Virus record (IMG/VR): IMGVR_UViG_3300009183_000050
Location: 32,001 to 96,000 of that record
Reading direction: 5' to 3' (one strand)
DNA from: a virus
DNA: 64,000 bases
The notes beneath the pieces are model-generated. The model saw nothing but the letters and a program-made list of their open reading frames with translations, ran no database searches and had not been told where the DNA came from. Each line of letters opens with the position of its first letter. The first letter of the stretch is position 1. Below, in pieces: positions 50,354 to 58,939 of the stretch. A program made the translations under genes and the position numbers.

Positions 50354-50872
50354 ATGGCCACTACATCAGTTATCAATACAATACCTGAGAATACCAGCAT
50401 TCTTCAATCGACAAAGTTTACCTTTGTTATTCCAGATTTGTCTTTTGCCAGATATTTCTGTCAGACGGTAAGTTTGCCTGGAGTATCCACTTCTGAAGTT
50501 GCTGTTGTTTCACCTTTCTCTAATACATACAGACATGGTGATAAGCTGGTCTATGATCCATTCACAATCAATGCTATCGTTGATGAAGAACTCCGTGTAT
50601 GGGAAGAAACCTATAAGTGGCTCTTATCGATTACAAAACCAGAATCATATGCTCAATATGGCCTATACAATGGTTCACCTAGAAATGCCTACTATGATGG
50701 CATCTTAACAATCAATACCAATGCCAACAATCCAAACATCCGCATCAAGTTTAAGAATTGTCACCCGACAGCATTAGGTGCTATTCAGTTTAACACAGCT
50801 ATCAATGCCGATACGATCCCGACAGCAGATATTAGCTTTAGATACGATAGTTTCGATATAGAACGTCTTTGA
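50354..50872 (+). CDS. gp3: Tail tube terminator / completion protein gp3
   Basis: 'YFCQTVSLPGV', 'GDKLVYDPF', 'VDEELRVWEE', 'F.NCHPT.LG'; position after gp23. Confidence 0.85.
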   Translation: MATTSVINTIPENTSILQSTKFTFVIPDLSFARYFCQTVSLPGVSTSEVAVVSPFSNTYRHGDKLVYDPFTINAIVDEELRVWEETYKWLLSITKPESYAQYGLYNGSPRNAYYDGILTINTNANNPNIRIKFKNCHPTALGAIQFNTAINADTIPTADISFRYDSFDIERL

Positions 50873-50875
50873 TGG

Positions 50876-50904
50876 TTGCCAAACTCTAAAGTTTCCTCTA
50901 TAAT
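50876..50904 (+). promoter_or_regulatory. sigma70-type promoter for uvsY
   Basis: TTGCCA-17 bp-TATAAT. Confidence 0.65.
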
Positions 50905-50930
50905 TGGATACATTTTAGATATGAGGTAAC

Positions 50931-51380
50931 ATGAAACCGCCAGTCAGTATAGATGATCTAATGGAAATGTGGAGCACCGACTCGAAGGTCGATGAGACTG
51001 AACCTTCTCGTGAGTTGGCTAAGGTATCTTCACTACATGCAAAATATCTCCGTATTCTAACTCACCACAACCTCATCGTTAAGAAAATCAACATAGATTA
51101 TGTAAAGATGAAGCGTGTCAAGTGGGAATACTACAATGGTGACTTGAACAATCCAGAAGATTTGGAAACCTACAATCTTCAACCACTGCTCAAAAAGATC
51201 ATACGGCAAGACATACCTATATACTTAGACTCAGACAACGATCTAAACAATCTGCTCATGCGAAAGGTTCTACACCAAGAGATTGTTGATTTCTGTGCTT
51301 CAGTTTTGAAAGAGATCAACAACCGCACTTGGCAGTTGAGATCATTTATAGAATGGGAAAAGTATACAAGTGGTGGATAA
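50931..51380 (+). CDS. uvsY: Recombination mediator UvsY
   Basis: 'LHAKYL', 'KWEYYNG', 'YLDSDNDL', 'INNRTWQLRSFIEWEKYTSG'. Confidence 0.9.
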   Translation: MKPPVSIDDLMEMWSTDSKVDETEPSRELAKVSSLHAKYLRILTHHNLIVKKINIDYVKMKRVKWEYYNGDLNNPEDLETYNLQPLLKKIIRQDIPIYLDSDNDLNNLLMRKVLHQEIVDFCASVLKEINNRTWQLRSFIEWEKYTSGG

Positions 51381-52827
51381 GTTATCGATATATAACATCA
51401 ATGAGGTTTATGTTGGTATAGATTGCCCTGAAGGAGCATCATATGAACTCCGTGAGCATTTTACACTTCAAGTTCCTGGTTATCAATTTACACCTCAATA
51501 CCGTAACAAACTGTGGGATGGTAAGATAAGATTATGGGATACAAGAAGTCGTAGAATCTATAGAGGTCTTGTTCCATACATTGTCAAGTTTTGTGAAGAG
51601 CGTGACTATGAGTGGGAGTATGATAATGAGGTTTATGATGAAGAGTTTTCGTTAAGTGAGGCCGAACAATTCTTCACGAAGTTAAACCTTCCTGAGAAGT
51701 ATAAACCAAGGGACTATCAAATTGACGCTTTCGTTCACGCTGTTCGCACTCGCCGTAGTCTGCTTCTCTCTCCTACTGCTTCTGGTAAGTCGCTCATCAT
51801 TTACTTACTTGTGCGCTATTACTCATCTCGGACTCTTATTATTGTTCCAACTATTTCTCTTGTCAGTCAGTTGGCTACTGATTTTGCCGATTATGGTTTT
51901 GAAAGTGATCGCTTTGTTCACCGTATCTATGGCGGAGAAGATAAACAGACAAATAAACCAATCACCATCTCTACATGGCAGTCGCTCTATAAACTCCCTA
52001 AAAAATATTTCGAACAATTTGATGTGATCATCGGTGATGAAGCGCATCTCTTTAAAGCTAAGTCACTGGCCAGCATCATGGAGAACCTTGCAAATTCAAA
52101 GTATAGATTTGGATTTACAGGGACATTAGATGGTACTAAGACACACAAGCTAGTTCTCGAAGGCCTATTTGGCACTGTTCGTAAGGTAACAACTACCAAA
52201 GAACTTATGACACAGGGTCATGTTGCAGATTTCATTATTAAGTGTTTGTTGCTGAAACATGGCGATAGTATTTGTCAAGCCGCTAAGAACTTCACATATC
52301 CTCAAGAGATTGAATATCTAGTCCTTAATGAATCCAGAAACAAGTTTATATCTAATCTAGCCTTATCTCTCGAAGGTAATACACTTGTTCTGTATCAGTT
52401 TGTCGATAAGCATGGTGTCATTCTCCATGATATTATAAATAAAGCATCAACTGGTCAGAGAGTGTTCTTTGTGTCTGGTAATGTCGATGGTGAAGCTAGA
52501 GAAGAGATTAGAAAGATTGTTGAGGGAGAAACTAATGCTATCATCGTAGCATCATACGGAACCTTCTCGACTGGTATCAATATTAAGAATCTACATAACA
52601 TCATCTTCGCCTCGCCTTCTAAATCAAGAGTTCGTAATCTACAGTCAATCGGTCGTGGTCTACGCATATCAGAAACTAAAACTTCTGCAACTCTATTTGA
52701 TATAGCAGATGATCTAAGACACAAGAAACATGAGAACTTCACCCTGAAACACTTTTCAGAACGCATAAAAATTTATAGTGAAGAGAAGTTTGATTTTAGA
52801 ATCTACAAGATAGAACTCAAAGGATAA
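51370..52827 (+). CDS. uvsW: DNA helicase UvsW
   Basis: 'PRDYQ', 'SPTASGKS', 'GDEAH', 'GFTGT', 'LQSIGRGLR'. Confidence 0.96.
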   Translation: MVDKLSIYNINEVYVGIDCPEGASYELREHFTLQVPGYQFTPQYRNKLWDGKIRLWDTRSRRIYRGLVPYIVKFCEERDYEWEYDNEVYDEEFSLSEAEQFFTKLNLPEKYKPRDYQIDAFVHAVRTRRSLLLSPTASGKSLIIYLLVRYYSSRTLIIVPTISLVSQLATDFADYGFESDRFVHRIYGGEDKQTNKPITISTWQSLYKLPKKYFEQFDVIIGDEAHLFKAKSLASIMENLANSKYRFGFTGTLDGTKTHKLVLEGLFGTVRKVTTTKELMTQGHVADFIIKCLLLKHGDSICQAAKNFTYPQEIEYLVLNESRNKFISNLALSLEGNTLVLYQFVDKHGVILHDIINKASTGQRVFFVSGNVDGEAREEIRKIVEGETNAIIVASYGTFSTGINIKNLHNIIFASPSKSRVRNLQSIGRGLRISETKTSATLFDIADDLRHKKHENFTLKHFSERIKIYSEEKFDFRIYKIELKG

Positions 52828-52831
52828 GACC

Positions 52832-53296
52832 ATGGAATTAGAACAGTCTGTCAAGTTTGTTAGAATGACCTCAGGTGAAGATTTGATCTCTCAGATCACC
52901 GAAGTGAAATCGGATGATGATTCGGAGAGCTATTATATACTAACAAACCCCATGAGACTAACATATTCTGTTGGTGGTTCTAATAGACCTGGAATGTTTT
53001 CTATCAATCTCATGCAATGGGTTTTCAATAGAATCTGTGAAGATCAAGACTTCACCATCTATCCTGTAGATATTCTCACCATTGGTAATCCTACAGATGA
53101 TATGATAGAATATTATTGGGATTGTGTTGATAACTTTGAGAAAATGAAAGAGAAGAATAAGAATAACACCGAATACGTCAAACCTTCTGATGGTGAAGAA
53201 GAGTTTGAGGAGTTTGTTGATGATACTGAAAGTCTGGAACTCCTAAAGAATTTACTGGAAGGTATCAACAAACCTTTGAAAGGAACGTTACACTGA
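52832..53296 (+). CDS. Hypothetical protein (possible Sm-like fold)
   Basis: 'FVRMTSGEDLISQI...LTNPMRL...QW'; lies between uvsW and gp55. Confidence 0.6.
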   Translation: MELEQSVKFVRMTSGEDLISQITEVKSDDDSESYYILTNPMRLTYSVGGSNRPGMFSINLMQWVFNRICEDQDFTIYPVDILTIGNPTDDMIEYYWDCVDNFEKMKEKNKNNTEYVKPSDGEEEFEEFVDDTESLELLKNLLEGINKPLKGTLH

Positions 53297-53574
53297 TGGT
53301 TGAGAAGAACAAATACCTTATCGAAGAAGGTGCATACGATTTCGGATTCACCTTCTCTAATGAAGAAGATATCGTAGCTACTCACACTGAGTATGCATCA
53401 ATGTCTGAACAGGTAGAGGATTTGAAAGAGAGACTCTATGCTCTCAATAAGATATTCTTACCTCTACTGGAGAATCTTATTAAAGACCCTGATAAACCTA
53501 TGATCAAATGGCCTAATAGGAAAGAGGTTATTGAGAAACAGATTAAGAAGCTGAAACAAATCACTAACATCTAA
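53296..53574 (+). CDS. Hypothetical protein
   Basis: 'YDFGFTF...PLLENL.KDPDKPMIKWPNR'. Confidence 0.6.
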   Translation: MVEKNKYLIEEGAYDFGFTFSNEEDIVATHTEYASMSEQVEDLKERLYALNKIFLPLLENLIKDPDKPMIKWPNRKEVIEKQIKKLKQITNI

Positions 53575-53613
53575 CCAAACCATTACACTATTTCATTAAC
53601 GGAGGACATAGCA

Positions 53614-53642
53614 GTTATAGCACAATGTCAACCAGTTGTCAA
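53614..53642 (-). promoter_or_regulatory. Minus-strand sigma70-type promoter in the gp55 leader
   Basis: Reverse complement reads TTGACA-17 bp-TATAAC with a TG extended -10. Confidence 0.55.
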
Positions 53643-53652
53643 GAGGTATTTC

Positions 53653-54246
53653 ATGATTAAGCCAAAAAAAGTTCATTATGTTGATAATCAGAAGTTTTAT
53701 CAAGCCATTGTTGAGTATCGTCAGAAGCTTCAGGATGCTAGAACTGAAGGTCTTCAAGATCCTAGAATACCAAACTATATCGGTGAATGTATTTGGAAGA
53801 TTGCGGACAAGTTGTCAACCAAACCTTGCTTCATGAACTACTCATATCGTGATGAGATGATTTCAGATGGTATAGAGAATTGTATCATGTATTTTAAGGA
53901 TTATGATCCAGTTAAAGGTCAGAATCCTTTTGCATACTTCACACAGGTCATTTACTATGCTTTCATTCGTCGAATCAGTAAAGAAGAAAAGAATCGCTAT
54001 ATAATCTATAAGAACTTCCAAAACGTTCTATGCAGCACTGATATGAGAGTTTTGGTAGATCATGAAGATAAGCACTTGCTTCCTTCTCAAATGTATGATA
54101 ATATAAATGACTTCATGAGTAGGTTTGAGAAGAAGGAAGAAGCGAAGAAAGCAAAGCGCAAGTTGATGAAAGAAAATAACTTGCTGAAGTTTTATGAGGA
54201 AAAAGAAAATGAAGGAAGAGTTTCCGAACATACCCTTTCAGGTTGA
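53653..54246 (+). CDS. gp55: Late-transcription sigma factor gp55
   Basis: 'HYVDN', 'YIGECIWKIA', 'FMNYSYRDEMISDGIENC', 'NPFAYFTQVIYYAFIRRISKE'. Confidence 0.95.
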   Translation: MIKPKKVHYVDNQKFYQAIVEYRQKLQDARTEGLQDPRIPNYIGECIWKIADKLSTKPCFMNYSYRDEMISDGIENCIMYFKDYDPVKGQNPFAYFTQVIYYAFIRRISKEEKNRYIIYKNFQNVLCSTDMRVLVDHEDKHLLPSQMYDNINDFMSRFEKKEEAKKAKRKLMKENNLLKFYEEKENEGRVSEHTLSG

Positions 54247-54403
54247 GAACCTAATCGAGAATATGATGGACAAGAATGAACGCCCACACATTCGAGATAA
54301 CTATCGATCAAGATTGGAATATATTAGAACAGCGATTGATCAAAATATCCGTAAGTATGATAACGATGCAATGATGCATGGTGGTGGAAAGAAGAGAGCA
54401 TAA
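54209..54403 (+). CDS. Hypothetical protein
   Basis: [16 protein letters not shown]...; GAGGA RBS upstream; overlaps the end of gp55. Confidence 0.55.
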   Translation: MKEEFPNIPFQVENLIENMMDKNERPHIRDNYRSRLEYIRTAIDQNIRKYDNDAMMHGGGKKRA

Positions 54404-54404
54404 C

Positions 54405-55481
54405 TTGAAAGTAGCTATTATCACAGATACACACTGGGGAATCAGAAATGATTCTCCAGTTTTTTACGATTACTTTAAGAAATCCTTAGAGCAATTCTGG
54501 CAAGTCATTCAAGATGAGGATGTTAAATATATTCTACATCTAGGTGATCTATTTGATCGTCGTAAGTATTTGAACTTCATGACGGCCAAACGTTGCCGTG
54601 AGGACTTCTTGGAGCCTATCGAGAGACTGAAGATACCCACAATGATCGCCTGTGGTAACCATGATGTGTTCTACAAGAACACCAATGATGTAAACGCACT
54701 GGACGAAATCTTAGGTGATAGATATGAATATATTAGACACTTTAAAAAACCTGAACTTGTCAACATCGATGGCTTGGATGTCCAACTTATACCGTGGATT
54801 ACCGAGTCGAACTACGATGAATCAATGGAAGCAATCAAGCACTCAAAAGCTGAAATCCTTATGGGACACCTCGAACTTAACGGCTTCGAAATGTTTAGAG
54901 GTAGTATCTCGGACCACGGCTTATCTGCTAATCTCTTTGATCGCTATGATATGGTTATGTCTGGTCATTATCATCATAAGTCCACTACTAGGAATATTCA
55001 TTACCTTGGTGCTTTTGCTGAGTATACATGGAGTGATTATAACGATCCTAGAGGGTTTCATATCTTCGACACCCAAACAAGACAAATGACCTTCCATAAG
55101 AACCCGCATAACATCTTTAAGATGATGGCCTATGATGATGTGAAGAACCCTAACATTCTACAGGACATTCAGGCTAAAGACTATAGTGCCTTTGCTGGTT
55201 GTTATGTGAAGATTGTCTGTGTGAACAAGACTAATCCATACTCGTTTGATATGTTACTAGATAAGCTATATCAGGTCTCGCCTCTAGATATCTCTATCAT
55301 CGAAGATGTTTCAGCATTCAAGGACAATGAAGAGGACTCTGAGATTGATCAGGCTGAAGATACGGTAACCATTCTATCAAAGTATATTGATGGCTTGACA
55401 TTACCTGTAGAAACTGATAAGATGAAGTCTTATATGAAAGATATCTATACGGAAGCTTTACAAGTGGAGTTTGCTGAATGA
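54405..55481 (+). CDS. gp47: Recombination nuclease gp47 (Mre11/SbcD-like)
   Basis: 'ITDTHWG', 'HLGDLFD', 'GNHD', 'SGHYH'; probable TTG start at 54405. Confidence 0.95.
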   Translation: MKVAIITDTHWGIRNDSPVFYDYFKKSLEQFWQVIQDEDVKYILHLGDLFDRRKYLNFMTAKRCREDFLEPIERLKIPTMIACGNHDVFYKNTNDVNALDEILGDRYEYIRHFKKPELVNIDGLDVQLIPWITESNYDESMEAIKHSKAEILMGHLELNGFEMFRGSISDHGLSANLFDRYDMVMSGHYHHKSTTRNIHYLGAFAEYTWSDYNDPRGFHIFDTQTRQMTFHKNPHNIFKMMAYDDVKNPNILQDIQAKDYSAFAGCYVKIVCVNKTNPYSFDMLLDKLYQVSPLDISIIEDVSAFKDNEEDSEIDQAEDTVTILSKYIDGLTLPVETDKMKSYMKDIYTEALQVEFAE

Positions 55482-55741
55482 CGAAGGTGATTGTAAGACC
55501 TGAAACGACTACTCATGTCCTAGATTTCATGTTTCATATGATCAAAGATAAAGAAGAGGCAAAGAATGTTGCTGATCTTATCGGTGACAAACAGATTTTT
55601 CATGTAGCAAGAGGTATCGATCCTGACACCTTTCAACCCATCCTTTACTTCGCTATTCCTGAAGATAACACTCCGTTCAATGCTTGGTTGAAATATGGCT
55701 CTACGATGGAACTATTGGTAAAATCTGATGATACTGTTTGA
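55478..55741 (+). CDS. Hypothetical protein between gp47 and gp46
   Basis: 87-aa ORF overlapping both neighbours. Confidence 0.55.
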   Translation: MTKVIVRPETTTHVLDFMFHMIKDKEEAKNVADLIGDKQIFHVARGIDPDTFQPILYFAIPEDNTPFNAWLKYGSTMELLVKSDDTV

Positions 55742-57443
55742 AAAGATTCGATGGAAGAACCTGCTATCAACAGGTAACATCTTTACAGAGATCAAGCTCA
55801 ATGAAACGTCTAACTCCCTAGTCATTGGCGACAACGGAGCAGGAAAGTCTACAATACTAGACGCACTGTGCTTTGCTCTTTTTGGTAAAGCCTTTCGTAA
55901 GATTAACAAGCCGGCTCTGGTCAACTCAGTCAACACTAAGGAGTGTGTGGTTGAGATTGAGTTTAAGACTAATGGTAAAGCCTATAAGATTATTCGCGGT
56001 ATCAAACCGAATGTCTTTGAAATCTACTGCGAAGGTATTGTCATCAATCAAGACTCGGCTTCTAGAGACTATCAAGAACATCTAGAAAAATTCATACTCA
56101 AGATGAACTATAAGTCTTTCACTCAGATTGTTATTCTGGGTTCGGCTTCGTTTACTCCTTTCATGCAGTTGTCGGCTAATGATCGTAGAACTGTCATTGA
56201 AGATTTGCTTGACATTCAAATCTTCTCTATCATGAGCAACATCACTAAACAGAGATCAAGCACCAATAAAGACTTGATTGAACGTAATAGACTGAATCTT
56301 TCTGCTAAAGAAGATATGAAGTCTTACATTGAAAAGAGCATCGTCAGTCTGAAGAAGAATAATGAGGACAAGAAGAATGTCTTGCTTTCACAAAAAGAAG
56401 ATCATGAACAATCGATCATCACCCACAAAGAAGAAGTTCGTTCCCTTGACGAGAGGCTCACTGGCCTTCTTGAACAGGCCGGTGAAAAAGCGAAAAGTAA
56501 AGACAAGCACAAGAAACTGATTGCGCTACAATCAAAGATTGAATCTAATTCGAATAGAATTGAATCTGAAATCTCCTTCTATTGTGATAATGACACTTGC
56601 CCAACTTGTCATCAATCTATTGACAGTGGCTTCAAAGCTGAGGCGGTTGATAGTAATACCAAAAAACTCGAAGAACTCTCTCAAGGTCTCAGAGATATTG
56701 GAGATCAAATCTCTATTTGTGTTACTACCGTCAACGAATCTGATAAGCTTGTCGTAGAGGCCAGCAATGTAAAGAATCGCATAACATCGGTCAACGCCAA
56801 CATTGCCAACTTGATTTCGCATATCAATGATATTGAGGATCAGGTTGAACAGATTGATGGTTCAGATACGATGTTGATCGATAATGAGACTTCTCTCAAG
56901 ACCATCTTTGAAGAGTTGGCTATACTCAACAAAGAAAAGTATGACTTGCTGACAGAGAAAAAGTATATTGAGACTGCTATCAGTCTACTTAAAGATGGTG
57001 GTATCAAGACTAAGATCATCAAACAATATCTTCCTATCATCAACAAACTGATCAACAAGTATCTTGCTCAGATGGGATTCTTCGTAAACTTCAACATCAA
57101 CGAACAGTTCGAAGAGACTATCAAGAGCCGTTACCGTGATGACTTCTCATACCACAACTTCTCTGAAGGTGAGAAGATGCGTATCGACCTTGCTCTCCTT
57201 TTCACATGGAGAACGATAGCTAGAATGCGTAACTCGGTCAACACGAACCTCCTTATCCTCGATGAGGTTCTGGACGGTTCACTAGATACAAGTGGTACAG
57301 ATGAGTTCCTGAAGATCATGTGGGATATGCTCGGTGATACCAATACCTTTGTTATAAGCCATAAGACGGATACACTACTCGACAAGTTTCAGAAAGTGTA
57401 TCGATTTGAGAAGCATAAGAATTTCTCTCGCCTTTCCGTCTAA
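55728..57443 (+). CDS. gp46: Recombination ATPase gp46 (Rad50/SbcC-like)
   Basis: 'GDNGAGKS', zinc hook 'CPTC', signature 'FSEGEKMRIDLAL', 'ILDEVLDGSLD'. Confidence 0.96.
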   Translation: MILFEKIRWKNLLSTGNIFTEIKLNETSNSLVIGDNGAGKSTILDALCFALFGKAFRKINKPALVNSVNTKECVVEIEFKTNGKAYKIIRGIKPNVFEIYCEGIVINQDSASRDYQEHLEKFILKMNYKSFTQIVILGSASFTPFMQLSANDRRTVIEDLLDIQIFSIMSNITKQRSSTNKDLIERNRLNLSAKEDMKSYIEKSIVSLKKNNEDKKNVLLSQKEDHEQSIITHKEEVRSLDERLTGLLEQAGEKAKSKDKHKKLIALQSKIESNSNRIESEISFYCDNDTCPTCHQSIDSGFKAEAVDSNTKKLEELSQGLRDIGDQISICVTTVNESDKLVVEASNVKNRITSVNANIANLISHINDIEDQVEQIDGSDTMLIDNETSLKTIFEELAILNKEKYDLLTEKKYIETAISLLKDGGIKTKIIKQYLPIINKLINKYLAQMGFFVNFNINEQFEETIKSRYRDDFSYHNFSEGEKMRIDLALLFTWRTIARMRNSVNTNLLILDEVLDGSLDTSGTDEFLKIMWDMLGDTNTFVISHKTDTLLDKFQKVYRFEKHKNFSRLSV

Positions 57444-57482
57444 TCTGGTATATAATAGTATATTATTTGAAAGTGAGTAGGT

Positions 57483-58784
57483 ATGTCTGAAGAAATTGAA
57501 GAAGTTGAAATTGAAGAAGTAGCCGTCAAAGATCCGTTTCTCGAAAAGCAATGGGAAGATTGGCTTGCGGCCAATGATGTTACACAACTTCAAGCACCAA
57601 CAGATGAAGAACTTCGTGATGCTGTCATCCGTGATTTGCAACATGCATCTCAGATGACTGTCGGTGAATATACTTTGTTTCAAAAGTGGTGTGAGATTCA
57701 AGAACGATATCCTACACAAGAGATATCAACACTCTTTGGTGAAGAAGTCCAGATGGACAAAGACCAAGAGATGTTCATCAAGGGTATTAAAGACAATATC
57801 TGGATTCCTAAATCACCAGAAGATTATCTCGAACTTCAGCCTGAACTAATTTACACCAAAGATTCAGAAATGTCTGAAACATGGAACGGCATCCGCACCT
57901 TTACCTCTACCATGAAGAACAATTCTAACATTGGTCGAAACCTTAACTATATCGTGATCGACCGCAAGTCTGGTAAATATCTTGGTGTCATGTGCATCTC
58001 ATCTGACTTCCTTGATTTGACTCCTCGTGATCAATATATTGGTTGGGAACGTGAGAAGAAAACTCAGGGTCATATGATCAACTACACCGCTATTGGTTCG
58101 ACCATCGTGCCGTTGCAACCTCTTGGTTATAACTATGTTGGTGGTAAACTCTTGGCCTTGCTGTGTCTGTCTGATGAGGTTCAATATCAGTGGAAGAAAC
58201 AATATGGTGATGTTCTGGCTGGTGTGACAACCACTTCACTATATGGTATGAAGAAGCAAGGCGGTCTCAGCCAGTATGATAACCTGAAGCACTGGAAGAA
58301 GATGGGCTATTCGTCTGGTTCAGTCTCATATGAAACAACCAAGCCTACAGTAACAATGATTCGTGATTGGCTGAAGAAGAACCATACTCGTAAGTATTTC
58401 GAATGGTATTCGGCTAAGAAGCAAAGTGGTCAGCCATATAAACGTGACCATAAGAATCGTTCATATACTTTCACATACAGTAAGTTGAGCATACCTAAAG
58501 AGTTGATTCGATCTGAACATCAACGCGGAATCTATTTCTCACCATTGTATAACAATACGAATGATTTCCTCTGTGGTAAGATCGGCGAAAAAGATTTGGT
58601 TAAGTCTTTCGATACTTCATATGAATACCTGACTACACTCTGGAAAGAGAAGTATGCCGCTAAACGTATTCGTAATCTACAAGAGACTGATCGAGTTTCT
58701 ACTGAAACGTTGTTCTATGATGATCAGATATACTTGAAGTGGGAAGAAGTTAAGGAAAAGTATCTAGGTCAGGTTGGTCGATGA
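57483..58784 (+). CDS. DUF4338 / Druantia DruA-like protein
   Basis: 'IGRNLNYIV.D..SGKYLG', 'RDQYIGW', 'PLGYNYVGGKLLALL', 'TTTSLYG', 'SQYD'; TATAAT at 57451 upstream. Confidence 0.7.
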   Translation: MSEEIEEVEIEEVAVKDPFLEKQWEDWLAANDVTQLQAPTDEELRDAVIRDLQHASQMTVGEYTLFQKWCEIQERYPTQEISTLFGEEVQMDKDQEMFIKGIKDNIWIPKSPEDYLELQPELIYTKDSEMSETWNGIRTFTSTMKNNSNIGRNLNYIVIDRKSGKYLGVMCISSDFLDLTPRDQYIGWEREKKTQGHMINYTAIGSTIVPLQPLGYNYVGGKLLALLCLSDEVQYQWKKQYGDVLAGVTTTSLYGMKKQGGLSQYDNLKHWKKMGYSSGSVSYETTKPTVTMIRDWLKKNHTRKYFEWYSAKKQSGQPYKRDHKNRSYTFTYSKLSIPKELIRSEHQRGIYFSPLYNNTNDFLCGKIGEKDLVKSFDTSYEYLTTLWKEKYAAKRIRNLQETDRVSTETLFYDDQIYLKWEEVKEKYLGQVGR

Positions 58785-58785
58785 T

Positions 58786-58842
58786 TTGCTATTCCGTAAA
58801 AGTTGATGTATAATCCAAGGGTTGGTGAAAACCAGCCTTTTT
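58786..58842 (+). promoter_or_regulatory. sigma70 promoter overlapping a GAAA-loop terminator
   Basis: TTGCTA-17-TATAAT (58786-58814), then hairpin aagggttggt-GAAA-accagccttt plus T-run. Confidence 0.6.
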
Positions 58843-58887
58843 CATTTGGTATGCGTTGGATGCAGGTCTAGTATTCTCTTTTTGTAG

Positions 58888-58915
58888 TTGACTTTACCTC
58901 CATCTCCGTTATACT
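58888..58915 (+). promoter_or_regulatory. sigma70-type early promoter
   Basis: TTGACT-16-TATACT upstream of the CobT-like gene. Confidence 0.65.
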
Positions 58916-58939
58916 GAAGGCATAATCAATGAGGGTCTT

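Noticed and set aside
13716-52441. TATAAATA copies deep inside genes (13716, 17989, 52434)
   Set aside because: They are far from downstream starts and are expected by chance in AT-rich coding DNA.
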